In this document: positions 18,634 through 26,718 of the stretch, piece after piece
Numbering within the stretch: position 1 is the stretch's first letter
Layout of the letters: each line of letters begins with the position of its first letter
From: Cyanobacteria bacterium J06626_18
GTDB taxonomy: Bacteria; Cyanobacteriota; Cyanobacteriia; Phormidesmidales; Phormidesmidaceae
NCBI GenBank assembly: GCA_038523735.1
Contig: JBCBJE010000001.1
Coordinates: 1-27,620, forward strand
DNA length: 27,620 bases
Reading direction: 5' to 3'
Program-made: the position numbers and the translations under genes
Notes under the pieces: model-generated
The model's input: the letters and a program-made list of their open reading frames with translations, nothing else
Databases searched by the model: none
What the model was told of the DNA's origin: nothing

Positions 18634-18942
18634 ATGCCTATTGCGGTTGGAATGATTGAAACCAAAGGGTTTCCTGCAGTCGTGGAAGCGGCTGATGCGA
18701 TGGTTAAAGCAGCTCGAGTAACCCTAGTAGGGTACGAAAAAATTGGAAGTGGTCGTGTGACTGTGATTGTGCGGGGTGATGTCTCCGAAGTGCAGGCTTC
18801 TGTATCCGCTGGGATTGAGTCTGCTAAGCGCGTGAACGGTGGTGAAGTGTTGTCTACCCACATCATTGCGCGTCCCCACGAGAATTTGGAGTTTGTGCTG
18901 CCAATTCGCTACACCGAGGCGGTAGAGCAGTTCCGGACCTAG
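18634..18942 (+). CDS. ccmK2: Carboxysome BMC-H shell protein CcmK2
   Basis: [56 protein letters not shown]; 102 aa; GAGGGAG RBS. Confidence 0.95.
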   Translation: MPIAVGMIETKGFPAVVEAADAMVKAARVTLVGYEKIGSGRVTVIVRGDVSEVQASVSAGIESAKRVNGGEVLSTHIIARPHENLEFVLPIRYTEAVEQFRT

Positions 18943-19091
18943 TCGGCTAGGTAGTTTAAGTTTATTCACTCATTTGATTGCGCTAAGAAAAGCCCTGACG
19001 TCAGGCTCAGAGCCGTTTAGCGCGTTTGGATAATCAAATTCGTGGATTTTTGCAAGTTCACTTCCAAAATTACTAAGGAGTTGTTTGAGAT

Positions 19092-19430
19092 ATGGCCATT
19101 GCAGTTGGCATGATTGAAACCTTGGGTTTCCCGGCTGTTGTTGAAGCAGCCGATGCGATGGTGAAGGCAGCCCGGGTTACCCTAGTTGGCTACGAGAAGA
19201 TTGGTAGCGGTCGCGTTACCGTCATTGTGCGGGGTGATGTTTCTGAAGTTCAGGCGTCTGTCGCAGCCGGAGTCGAGAATGTGAAGCGGGTGAATGGTGG
19301 GCAGGTTTTATCCACCCACATCATTGCGCGTCCTCATGAGAACTTGGAATTTGTGCTGCCGATTCGCTACACCGAAGCTGTTGAGCAGTTCCGGGAAAGT
19401 GTCAGTGGTATTCGCCCGTATGGCCGCTAG
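19092..19430 (+). CDS. ccmK1: Carboxysome shell protein CcmK1
   Basis: Near-identical to the preceding CcmK plus the CcmK1-type C-terminal extension [11 protein letters not shown]; AAGGAG RBS. Confidence 0.93.
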   Translation: MAIAVGMIETLGFPAVVEAADAMVKAARVTLVGYEKIGSGRVTVIVRGDVSEVQASVAAGVENVKRVNGGQVLSTHIIARPHENLEFVLPIRYTEAVEQFRESVSGIRPYGR

Positions 19431-19443
19431 GTAATCGCTTCTT

Positions 19444-19746
19444 ATGTTGTTGGCAAAAGTTCGCGGCACGGTGGTCAGTACTTGTAAGGAACCTAGCTTA
19501 AGCGGTGTCAAGTTTCTGATGGTGCAGTTGCTAAGTGATACGGGCGAACCGCTGCCCGATTATGAAGTAGCGGCAGATGTCGTTGGTGCTGGCGTCGGCG
19601 AATGGGTTTTGATTACGCGGGGGAGTGGTGCTCGGCAGCATGAGGGGTATGTGAATCGTCCAGTTGATGCGACCGTAATTGCGATCGTGGATACGGTCTC
19701 TCTGAGTTCAGGCAAGCTGTATAGCAAGCGTGACGATTTTAGTTAG
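19444..19746 (+). CDS. ccmL: Carboxysome vertex pentamer CcmL
   Basis: AKVRGTVVST.KEPSL.GVKF, VAAD.VGAGVGEWVL.TRGS.AR, PVDA.VIAIVD. Confidence 0.95.
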   Translation: MLLAKVRGTVVSTCKEPSLSGVKFLMVQLLSDTGEPLPDYEVAADVVGAGVGEWVLITRGSGARQHEGYVNRPVDATVIAIVDTVSLSSGKLYSKRDDFS

Positions 19747-19877
19747 TGGCGAAGCTGATATCAAGGCTACAAGAAGCACATTTCTATCGTGCCAAGGTGT
19801 CTCCCTCGGCAGTCGGGCAGCAACTGCGGCCAATTGATTTGGGCGATCGCGGATAATTGAATGGAGGTGTCGGGTTA

Positions 19878-21911
19878 ATGATGACCCGGAGTAAGGCAGC
19901 TCCGCCAACCCCTTGGTCACGGGATTTGGCAGAGCCCACAATTGATGATTCGGCCTATGTGCATCCGTTTTCTCAGCTAATTGGGGATGTGCGGATCGGG
20001 GCAAGCGTATTGGTGGCTCCAGGGGCATCGATTAGAGCTGACGAGGGATTTCCCTTTGCCATTGGTTCAGGATCCTCGATTCAGGATGGAGTTGTCATCC
20101 ATGGCTTAGAGGAAGGCCGAGTCTTGGGCGTTGACCAGCAGCCCTACTCGGTCTGGATTGGTAGCAACGTCTGCATTACCCACAAATCGATCATTCATGG
20201 CCCTGTTTATATCGGGAATGAGTGTTTTGTTGGGTTTCGATCAACCATTTTCAATGCGCGTCTGGGCAAAGGGTGCGTCGTGATGATGCACACGCTGATT
20301 CAAGACGTGGAAATTCCCCCTGGGAAGTTTGTCCCTTCAGGCGCGATTATCACCCATCAAAGCCAGGCCGACCAGCTGTCGGATGTAGCTCCTGAGGATT
20401 TAGCTTTTGCCCAGGAGCTACTCAGCATTAACAAAGATTTGCGCGCTGGCTATGCCTGTGCCGCCGATGCCGCCTGTATGAGCGACGTGCTCTCTGATCG
20501 TACGCGTTCTCCCCTCCCCTCTATTAACCCTGACAACGGACACAGAACCATGCAACCCCAAAGACTGACGACCGATATCGTGCACCAGGTACGACAGTTT
20601 CTGAACCAGGGCTATCGTATTGGTACAGAACATGCCGATACGCGTCGCTTCCGCAGCAACGTGTGGCAAACATGCTCTCCTATCGAGTCTTCACGTGAAG
20701 GCGACGCTCTAGCAGCGCTAGAGGCTTGCCTTGAGGAACACAGCGGTGAATACGTACGGATGTTTGGGATTGATCCGGTTGCCAAGCGTCGGGTTGCGCC
20801 CACCACGATTCAGCGCCCTGATGGTAAGCCTGTGCACGTGCATCCTCAGTCTGTACCAACGGTTGGTGTTTCTAGCAAACAGGCAAACTACAGTGGCGGC
20901 GGTGGCGGTTCCCAGGCGGGATTGTTGCAGCAGGTGCGGCAGTTCCTAAGTCAGGGATATCGCATTGGCATGGAGCATGCCGATAGTCGCCGTTTCCGTA
21001 GCAATGTTTGGCAGAGTTGTTCACCCATCACATCTAACAACGAGGGTGAGGCCATGGCAGCACTGCAAACCTGTTTGGCTGAGCATGCGGGCGAGTACGT
21101 CCGGATCTTTGGGATTGATACCGTTGCTAAGCGGCGCGTTTCACCCATTACTGTACAACGTCCGGATGGCAGAGCTGCGATCGCCAACTCCCCATCCAGT
21201 GGCCTACCCGCGACCACACAGGCTCAAAACGGAACTGCTAGCTCAGGCCATAGCGCACCCGGACAGTTAGCGCCTGAAGTCGTGCAGCAGGTACGCCAAC
21301 TCATCCGTCAGGGCTATCGGATTGGCACTGAGCATGCTGACAACCGTCGTTTTCGGAGTAACGTTTGGCAGACCTGCCCCCCGATTGAGAGCACGCAAGA
21401 GAGTGCTGTTCTCGCAGCTCTGACAACCTGCATCCAGGATCATGCCGGGGAGTATGTTCGCCTGTTCGGAGTCGACCCAGTCGCTAAACGACGCTTGTCG
21501 CCGACGATCATTCATCGCCCAAACGGCAACGGCAACAACGGTCATGCAGCGTCCTCTACTGCAGGTACACCAACATCTGCTGCCTCGGCGTCCCAAAGCA
21601 GGCCCATGCCCCCGCCTGCTGACTATAATGGCTCTGCCAATGCAGGTGTGAAGTTAACGAGCGACATCACACAGCAGGTGCATCAACTTGTGAATCAGGG
21701 GTATCGCATTAGTGTGGAACACGCCGATGTTCGCCGCTACCGTAGTGGTGCCTGGCAAAGTGGTGGCGTCTTAGAAGGGCAGGGCATTCCCGATGTGATT
21801 GCAGCTCTGGAAGCTAGCTTGGCATCGCATGCGGGTCAATATGTCCGTTTGGTGGGCATTGATCCTCGGGCTAAGCGGCGGGTACTAGAGACTACCATTC
21901 AGCGTCCCTAA
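19878..21911 (+). CDS. ccmM: Carboxysome scaffold CcmM: gamma-carbonic anhydrase domain plus four RbcS-like (SSUL) domains
   Basis: [31 protein letters not shown]; four G(Y)RI..EHAD.RR.R...W repeats; GGAGGT RBS at 19863-19868 supports ATG 19878. Confidence 0.96.
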   Translation: MMTRSKAAPPTPWSRDLAEPTIDDSAYVHPFSQLIGDVRIGASVLVAPGASIRADEGFPFAIGSGSSIQDGVVIHGLEEGRVLGVDQQPYSVWIGSNVCITHKSIIHGPVYIGNECFVGFRSTIFNARLGKGCVVMMHTLIQDVEIPPGKFVPSGAIITHQSQADQLSDVAPEDLAFAQELLSINKDLRAGYACAADAACMSDVLSDRTRSPLPSINPDNGHRTMQPQRLTTDIVHQVRQFLNQGYRIGTEHADTRRFRSNVWQTCSPIESSREGDALAALEACLEEHSGEYVRMFGIDPVAKRRVAPTTIQRPDGKPVHVHPQSVPTVGVSSKQANYSGGGGGSQAGLLQQVRQFLSQGYRIGMEHADSRRFRSNVWQSCSPITSNNEGEAMAALQTCLAEHAGEYVRIFGIDTVAKRRVSPITVQRPDGRAAIANSPSSGLPATTQAQNGTASSGHSAPGQLAPEVVQQVRQLIRQGYRIGTEHADNRRFRSNVWQTCPPIESTQESAVLAALTTCIQDHAGEYVRLFGVDPVAKRRLSPTIIHRPNGNGNNGHAASSTAGTPTSAASASQSRPMPPPADYNGSANAGVKLTSDITQQVHQLVNQGYRISVEHADVRRYRSGAWQSGGVLEGQGIPDVIAALEASLASHAGQYVRLVGIDPRAKRRVLETTIQRP

Positions 21912-21922
21912 TCTTTGATTGA

Positions 21923-22504
21923 ATGCTTCAGCAGAGGGATGTGTCCGAAGCCGCAACCTACTACAGAGGGGCTAATGTGGAGGTTAGTCCCCATGCGGTT
22001 GTGGCTGCAGGCGTTGTTCTGCAGGCAACAGCGGATAGTCAAGTGGTAGTCGAGGCTGGTGTGTGCATCGGTATGGGGGTTGTCATTCAGGCGTATGGTG
22101 GCAAGCTGATGCTGTCTACTGGAGCCAACATTGGTCAAGGCACGCTGCTGCTAGGTGCAGGCACTATTGGCCCGCAAGCTTGCATCGGTGCGGAGAGTAC
22201 ACTCATCAATCCGACGATCGCAGCCAACCAAGTCATCCCCGCGCGATCGCTCTTGGGCGACAACAGCCGCTCCCTAAAACCCGGTGCCGAGGCAGGCGCA
22301 GAAGGTCCCTCTGATAATGGCAAAGCATCCTCTGTCTCTGAAGCAGCTCCTGAGACAGCGCCAGATATAAACGCAGACTCGAATGGCAATGGTGGCGCGA
22401 TCGCTCCCAACAGCACTGTCTATGGACGCGACCAAGTCCTGAAGCTCGTCCACACCCTATTTCCGCACCGTAATGCGACGATGGCAGATCCAGGCGAGGA
22501 TTGA
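21923..22504 (+). CDS. ccmN: Carboxysome assembly protein CcmN
   Basis: Hexapeptide repeats (GVCIGMGVVIQA, GANIGQGTLL, ACIGAESTLIN), linker, C-terminal encapsulation peptide VYGRDQVLKLVHTLFPH. Confidence 0.9.
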   Translation: MLQQRDVSEAATYYRGANVEVSPHAVVAAGVVLQATADSQVVVEAGVCIGMGVVIQAYGGKLMLSTGANIGQGTLLLGAGTIGPQACIGAESTLINPTIAANQVIPARSLLGDNSRSLKPGAEAGAEGPSDNGKASSVSEAAPETAPDINADSNGNGGAIAPNSTVYGRDQVLKLVHTLFPHRNATMADPGED

Positions 22505-22630
22505 GTTTTGGTCATAAGTTCATAGTTCTTTGTTGATGGTTGATCGTCTACAGGGTCCGAATCGCAGCGCTGAAGACTAACCATCAACTATGAAAGATCA
22601 GCTATTAATCATCAACGAATAACAAATAAC
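22505..22630. repeat. Inverted heptamer-based stem-loop between ccmN and ccmO
   Basis: Left arm TTCATAGTT[CTTTGTT]GATGGTTGATCGTCT (22519-22549) matches the reverse complement of the right arm AGACTAACCATCAACTATGAA (22574-22594). Confidence 0.7.
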
Positions 22631-22703
22631 TACTCCTATCCAATCTCCCGACAAACACTTCTTACAATAGAAAATAGCCGATCGTATTCAGTGAGGCTTC
22701 ACT

Positions 22704-23543
22704 ATGGCTGCAAATGCAAACCTATCCGTTTCCAAACCTTCTCCCTACTCGCAGCGATGGGCTAACAAGCTGCGTGGAGCGGCACTGGGGTTAGTGTCTA
22801 CGCAGAGCTTTCCGGCAGTGGTGGGAACTGCGGATGCCATGCTGAAATCGGCGGACGTGATGCTGATTGGCTACGAAAAAACCGGCTCAGGACAGTGTAC
22901 TGCTGTAGTTCGGGGCGGCGTTGCGGATGTTCGGATGGCAGTTGAAGCGGGCACACAGACAGCCAAGCAGTTTGGTCAGTATCTCTCGTCGTCCCTCATT
23001 CCCCGTCCTTTACCCAATTTGGAAGCGGTGCTACCAATTTGTATCCATCTGGATGCACTGGAGCGCGTGGGTCGGGGTCGTATGGGAAATTACGCGATCG
23101 GTTTACTCGAAACCCGAGGCTTTCCGGCGATGGTGGGAGCTGCAGATGCGATGACGAAGGCGGCAGAAGTCAAAGTAGTCGCTCACCAGTCAATTGGGTC
23201 GGGTTTGTGTACCGTCATCATTCGGGGATCACTGTCAAATGTGGCGATCGCAGTTGAAGCTGGGATGCATGAGGCCGAGCGCATTGGTGAGCTCCACGCG
23301 GTCATGGTCATTCCTCGTCCGCTGGACGAACTTGAGCATTCCCTACCGATGGCAGAAGTCCTGGAAACCGAAGAGCCCCTACGCTTACCGCTGAAGCTGG
23401 AAGAGAAAGAGAAGGAACTGGTCGTTCTGCCCGAAGCCGAAGCCGTTCCAGCCGCGCAAGAAATGGTACTACCCGAAGCCGAAGCTGCCCCGGCTCCCAT
23501 CGTACCTTTACCCGAACCGTTGCGAGAGGGTGAGTTGGACTGA
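22704..23543 (+). CDS. ccmO: Tandem-BMC carboxysome shell protein CcmO
   Basis: Two BMC domains (ALGLVST.SFPAVVGTADAMLKSA; AIGLLETRGFPAMVGAADAM.KAA), last gene of the ccm operon. Confidence 0.93.
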   Translation: MAANANLSVSKPSPYSQRWANKLRGAALGLVSTQSFPAVVGTADAMLKSADVMLIGYEKTGSGQCTAVVRGGVADVRMAVEAGTQTAKQFGQYLSSSLIPRPLPNLEAVLPICIHLDALERVGRGRMGNYAIGLLETRGFPAMVGAADAMTKAAEVKVVAHQSIGSGLCTVIIRGSLSNVAIAVEAGMHEAERIGELHAVMVIPRPLDELEHSLPMAEVLETEEPLRLPLKLEEKEKELVVLPEAEAVPAAQEMVLPEAEAAPAPIVPLPEPLREGELD

Positions 23544-23628
23544 AGAATCAGGGCAGTCAGAGCTCATATGCACAGCCATTCTGATAGATAACTTTGGGAT
23601 GCTGAGCTAAGACCTAATCAAGCCAGAT

Positions 23629-23658
23629 GTTGGGTTTCGTTCCTCAACCACAACCTAC
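23629..23658 (-). repeat. GTAG-type REP-like palindromic element (degenerate)
   Basis: Minus strand reads GTAG-GTTG(T)GGTT-GAGGAACGA-AACCCAAC: a GTAG foot plus an 8-bp stem with one bulged base, enclosed by an outer imperfect IR ACCTAATCAA/TTGATTTGGT (23612-23621/23664-23673). Confidence 0.6.
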
Positions 23659-23743
23659 GTACTTTGATTTGGTTAGGCTATGCATAACAGCAACGCGCCT
23701 AAAGATGTCTCTAACTCCTATTTACAGAAAGAAAGCGTGGACG

Positions 23744-24058
23744 ATGAATACAGAATTTGTTATTCCTGATTGGCTCATTGCTGAAATCGACAGCGCTCCA
23801 CATGATGTTCGACAAAATGCCCTCGTCTATCTGTGTGGCATTCTCTATCAGGCTGGACACACATCAGAGAATATCCTTGCCGAGATACTTGGTGTTAAAC
23901 AGTCTGAACTGCATCAGGTGCTTGCAGAACATAGGTTTATAGGTGGTAAGGCTTCAGAAATTGATTGCCCATCTCTCAGTATTACGACAGTAAGACCAGG
24001 TAGCGGATACGCTGACACCTCGCTGAAACACGACGCGATACTAGCAGGATTTGAATGA
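23744..24058 (+). CDS. UPF0175-like small HTH protein (putative antitoxin)
   Basis: MNTEFVIPDW...LYQAGHTSENILAEILGVKQSELHQVLAEH resembles the UPF0175 pattern as recalled. ATG 23744 preferred because the upstream part of the track ORF runs through the REP hairpin. Confidence 0.5.
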   Translation: MNTEFVIPDWLIAEIDSAPHDVRQNALVYLCGILYQAGHTSENILAEILGVKQSELHQVLAEHRFIGGKASEIDCPSLSITTVRPGSGYADTSLKHDAILAGFE

Positions 24059-24066
24059 GGCAAGTT

Positions 24067-24471
24067 TTAGCTGAGTTGTTGTTTGTGCTGCAAAAACTCG
24101 GCAAACGTCTGGACTTCCTCCAGCAGCGCTTCTGGCATCTCATCCAATAACCGAAACAGATCTATCTTGACTGCATTGGAGCGCTTTAGCAAAACCATCT
24201 GATGCGATCGCACAACCTCAACTCCCAAGGTTTCTCTGAAGGCTCCTAGAGCATCTGCGTCTGCGCGTACCAGCCCTATTGGTTCTTGTAAGGTCACCCA
24301 GTCGCCGAATAGCTCTACTAGAAACACTTGCTCCGGTTCTAAGACCTCCACAATACTGCCAATCGTGCCAGCCGTAGCCGATGTCGATGGCTCCAGTGCG
24401 TTGCCCATATCACCTGTCAAGGTAATTGGCTCAATTAACTGCACCTGATCCAGTAAGTTGAATGCGTTCAC
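24067..24471 (-). CDS. DUF4926-like domain fused to a C-terminal DUF2281-like helix pair
   Basis: NLLDQVQL...AGTIGSIVEV...FLVELF...ETLGVEVV, then LLEEVQTFAEFL. GTG start 24471 overlaps the upstream TGA (GTGA) and follows a GGAGGG RBS. Confidence 0.6.
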   Translation of the reverse strand: MNAFNLLDQVQLIEPITLTGDMGNALEPSTSATAGTIGSIVEVLEPEQVFLVELFGDWVTLQEPIGLVRADADALGAFRETLGVEVVRSHQMVLLKRSNAVKIDLFRLLDEMPEALLEEVQTFAEFLQHKQQLS

Positions 24472-24812
24472 GAATTCCCTCCCGATCTTTCTGGAATCGC
24501 TGTGACGAACCGAGCTACTGTTTCGCCTGAACGGACGATCCATCCTGTTCTGACCCACCAACGGATACCCGAGCTACCCTGAATTTGACTGACCGCCTGA
24601 TAGCGGTCACCATACTGATCTTGCCTTTGAAACGTTAGGTCTGCCAACTTCACTGCATCCAAAATAGCGGATCGAACGGTGTCGGGAGACTCAAAACCCA
24701 ATACCTCGCGCCAGAACTTCTGCTTATCACCCCCTTTCCCTGGGATCGTATCGCGTGTCAATAGATAAACTGCTTTCTCAATAGGAAAGACTAAGGCCGT
24801 TGGTTGAACCAT
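24468..24812 (-). CDS. DUF6883-like protein (putative toxin)
   Basis: EKAVYLL...GGDKQKFW..VLGF...QYGDRY....IQGSSG...VRTGWIV......RFVTAIP matches the recalled DUF6883 pattern; translationally coupled to the DUF4926-like gene. Confidence 0.65.
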   Translation of the reverse strand: MVQPTALVFPIEKAVYLLTRDTIPGKGGDKQKFWREVLGFESPDTVRSAILDAVKLADLTFQRQDQYGDRYQAVSQIQGSSGIRWWVRTGWIVRSGETVARFVTAIPERSGGNS

Positions 24813-24904
24813 CCTGAACTAAATCAGATTGTTTTCATTACGGGGAAGGCGATCGCAGCTTCCATCTTCAAGGCTAAGCCGCGACGCCCCCTCTGTACGA
24901 ATCC

Positions 24905-25855
24905 CTAACGCGAGGTTAACGCACGCTGTACCCACAGTCGCACCATCGTACGGGGATTGCCCGGATCATCAATGTACGCCGTGCGATCGTGGGCCAGACA
25001 GCGATTATTCACCCAGAGCTGGTCGCCTTTCGCCATCCGCAAGCGATGAATATGGCTAGGTTGCTCTAGGGCCTCATCCAGAGCGTCCAGCGCAGCAATT
25101 TGGTGAGGACTCAAAGGCATCTCAGCCCGTCGGTGCCCCGTCTCAATCCAGTAGCGCATGTAGCGAAACATGAATGGACCCGCCGGCTCGAAGATGGGAA
25201 AGGCATTCGCCCGGATACGGCTAAGATCGCGATCGGCACCAGGAGTAACCACATCGCGAATCAAGGGCTGATGCAACAGTTCCAAGGCATCCGGTGCCGT
25301 CCGTACTAAATAGTTACGCACTGTAACCGCACTGCAAAGACGATTCTCACCACCAAATTGCCCTGGCTGCAGACAGAGCAGCGCAATATAGTCCGGTTTA
25401 ACAGCACGTGCTGAGCTATCAGTATGGAAGCCGGTGGATTCCCGTGTCATGCTGACAGGGACCGCTTGCGTTCGGTAGCAAACATCGCGATCTTTCACAT
25501 CGTAGAGCCGCCCATAATTTTCTAAAACCTCTCCTAGTGCCGAGCCCACAGCTAAATACGTCAGTCGCTGTAGCCAACGCGCTTGACCGGCGGCCATGCC
25601 CCGCACTAGGCAAAAGCCAGGACCACGGTCTAAGCGATCGCGAATCGCCTCCGCCAAGGCATGAATTGCTGGCAGTCCTAAAGTCTTGGGTTGCCAAGCT
25701 GCAATGGGATCAGCCTGATCATCGCCCCAACATCGCAGCGTATCGATGTCGAGCGCTACGGCATCAGTAGGACTGAGCTGCCATAACTGGGTTGCAAGAC
25801 TTTGAGCTGTCCAAGCCAGAGGGCTGGAAGCCACAGTAGGTAGTGCACTCACCAT
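24905..25855 (-). CDS. Fe(II)/2-oxoglutarate dioxygenase, TauD/TfdA/clavaminate-synthase family
   Basis: RGPGFCLVRG, facial triad H144-T-D146...H289, PDYIALLC, GGENRLCS, GDQLWVNNRCLAHDR, R.MVRLWV. Confidence 0.88.
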   Translation of the reverse strand: MVSALPTVASSPLAWTAQSLATQLWQLSPTDAVALDIDTLRCWGDDQADPIAAWQPKTLGLPAIHALAEAIRDRLDRGPGFCLVRGMAAGQARWLQRLTYLAVGSALGEVLENYGRLYDVKDRDVCYRTQAVPVSMTRESTGFHTDSSARAVKPDYIALLCLQPGQFGGENRLCSAVTVRNYLVRTAPDALELLHQPLIRDVVTPGADRDLSRIRANAFPIFEPAGPFMFRYMRYWIETGHRRAEMPLSPHQIAALDALDEALEQPSHIHRLRMAKGDQLWVNNRCLAHDRTAYIDDPGNPRTMVRLWVQRALTSR

Positions 25856-25962
25856 ATGAAATTGTTCCGATTACAAAAATGAACAGAAAATCCAACCCGG
25901 GTAGCTCAGGCAAAAAGCAGTCCCGCAGGTTGGCCGATAATCAGGGTTGTTATTGCTGAGCC

Positions 25963-26718
25963 TTAACGCTGCAGCACGAAGAGGATGTGTAGAGGCGTTC
26001 CCGCCAAGGGACCAAAAAAATCAGCATCCAGCTCAATATGTTCTGGCTGCACGGCAAGCTCCTTAATCATGGGGAGCGTTTTCCAGCCCGCAGCGAGCAG
26101 CGCTACAAAGTAGTCTTCTAAGGTTTTGTGGACGCAGCGCACCGGTACATCAATGCCGTCACGCCGCCAAATGCGCCCCTCCAAGGTGCGATCGCGATCA
26201 TCCATATAGACTGCGTCTTCTGGCCGGAAGAAGAACGGCGGCTCTTGCGGGCGGAGCCAGGGCAAGGAGGGATGCGGCACCGTGAACACGAGCTTGCCAC
26301 CCGGCTTGAGGAGACGGTGAGCCTGGGTCAGCACCGTCATCATCTCAGTACGAGTCAGGTAGTTGAACAGAAAAACGGCGACGACCCGGTCATAACTCGC
26401 GTCGGGTAAATCGTCTAGATCCGTTGCGCTGCCCTGTCGCCAGTGCAGTTGGGGATCGGGTGAACCAGCTTTGGCCTTGGCCACCATTGCTTCCGAAAGC
26501 TCGATACCTAATAAGGATGCAGCACCGCGATCGCGAATTTGCCGGGCAACATACCCTTCACCACAGCCTAAATCCAGCACAGTTGTCCCAGCTAGCGGCT
26601 CTAGGGCCTCTAAAGCAAAGGGGCGTGCAGTGAAATCGGACAGTAGGATTTTTTCGGTTCGAACCCATTGGGCTGCGGCGCGATCGTAAATAGCCTGAGT
26701 TGAGACGGAAGCACTCAT
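25963..26718 (-). CDS. Class I SAM-dependent methyltransferase
   Basis: Motif I VLDLGCGEGY, acidic end of beta2 GIELSEAMV, SYDRVVAVFLFNY, LLKPGGKLVF; ATG overlaps the upstream stop (ATGA). Confidence 0.92.
   Translation of the reverse strand: MSASVSTQAIYDRAAAQWVRTEKILLSDFTARPFALEALEPLAGTTVLDLGCGEGYVARQIRDRGAASLLGIELSEAMVAKAKAGSPDPQLHWRQGSATDLDDLPDASYDRVVAVFLFNYLTRTEMMTVLTQAHRLLKPGGKLVFTVPHPSLPWLRPQEPPFFFRPEDAVYMDDRDRTLEGRIWRRDGIDVPVRCVHKTLEDYFVALLAAGWKTLPMIKELAVQPEHIELDADFFGPLAGTPLHILFVLQR

Noticed and set aside
20570-21905. Four long direct repeats as a mobile or CRISPR-like structure
   Set aside because: They are the in-frame SSUL domains of CcmM.
13203-23543. Divergent ndhF4-ndhD4-cupB / ccmK2K1LMNO arrangement as a novelty
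   Set aside because: This layout is well known in beta-cyanobacteria.
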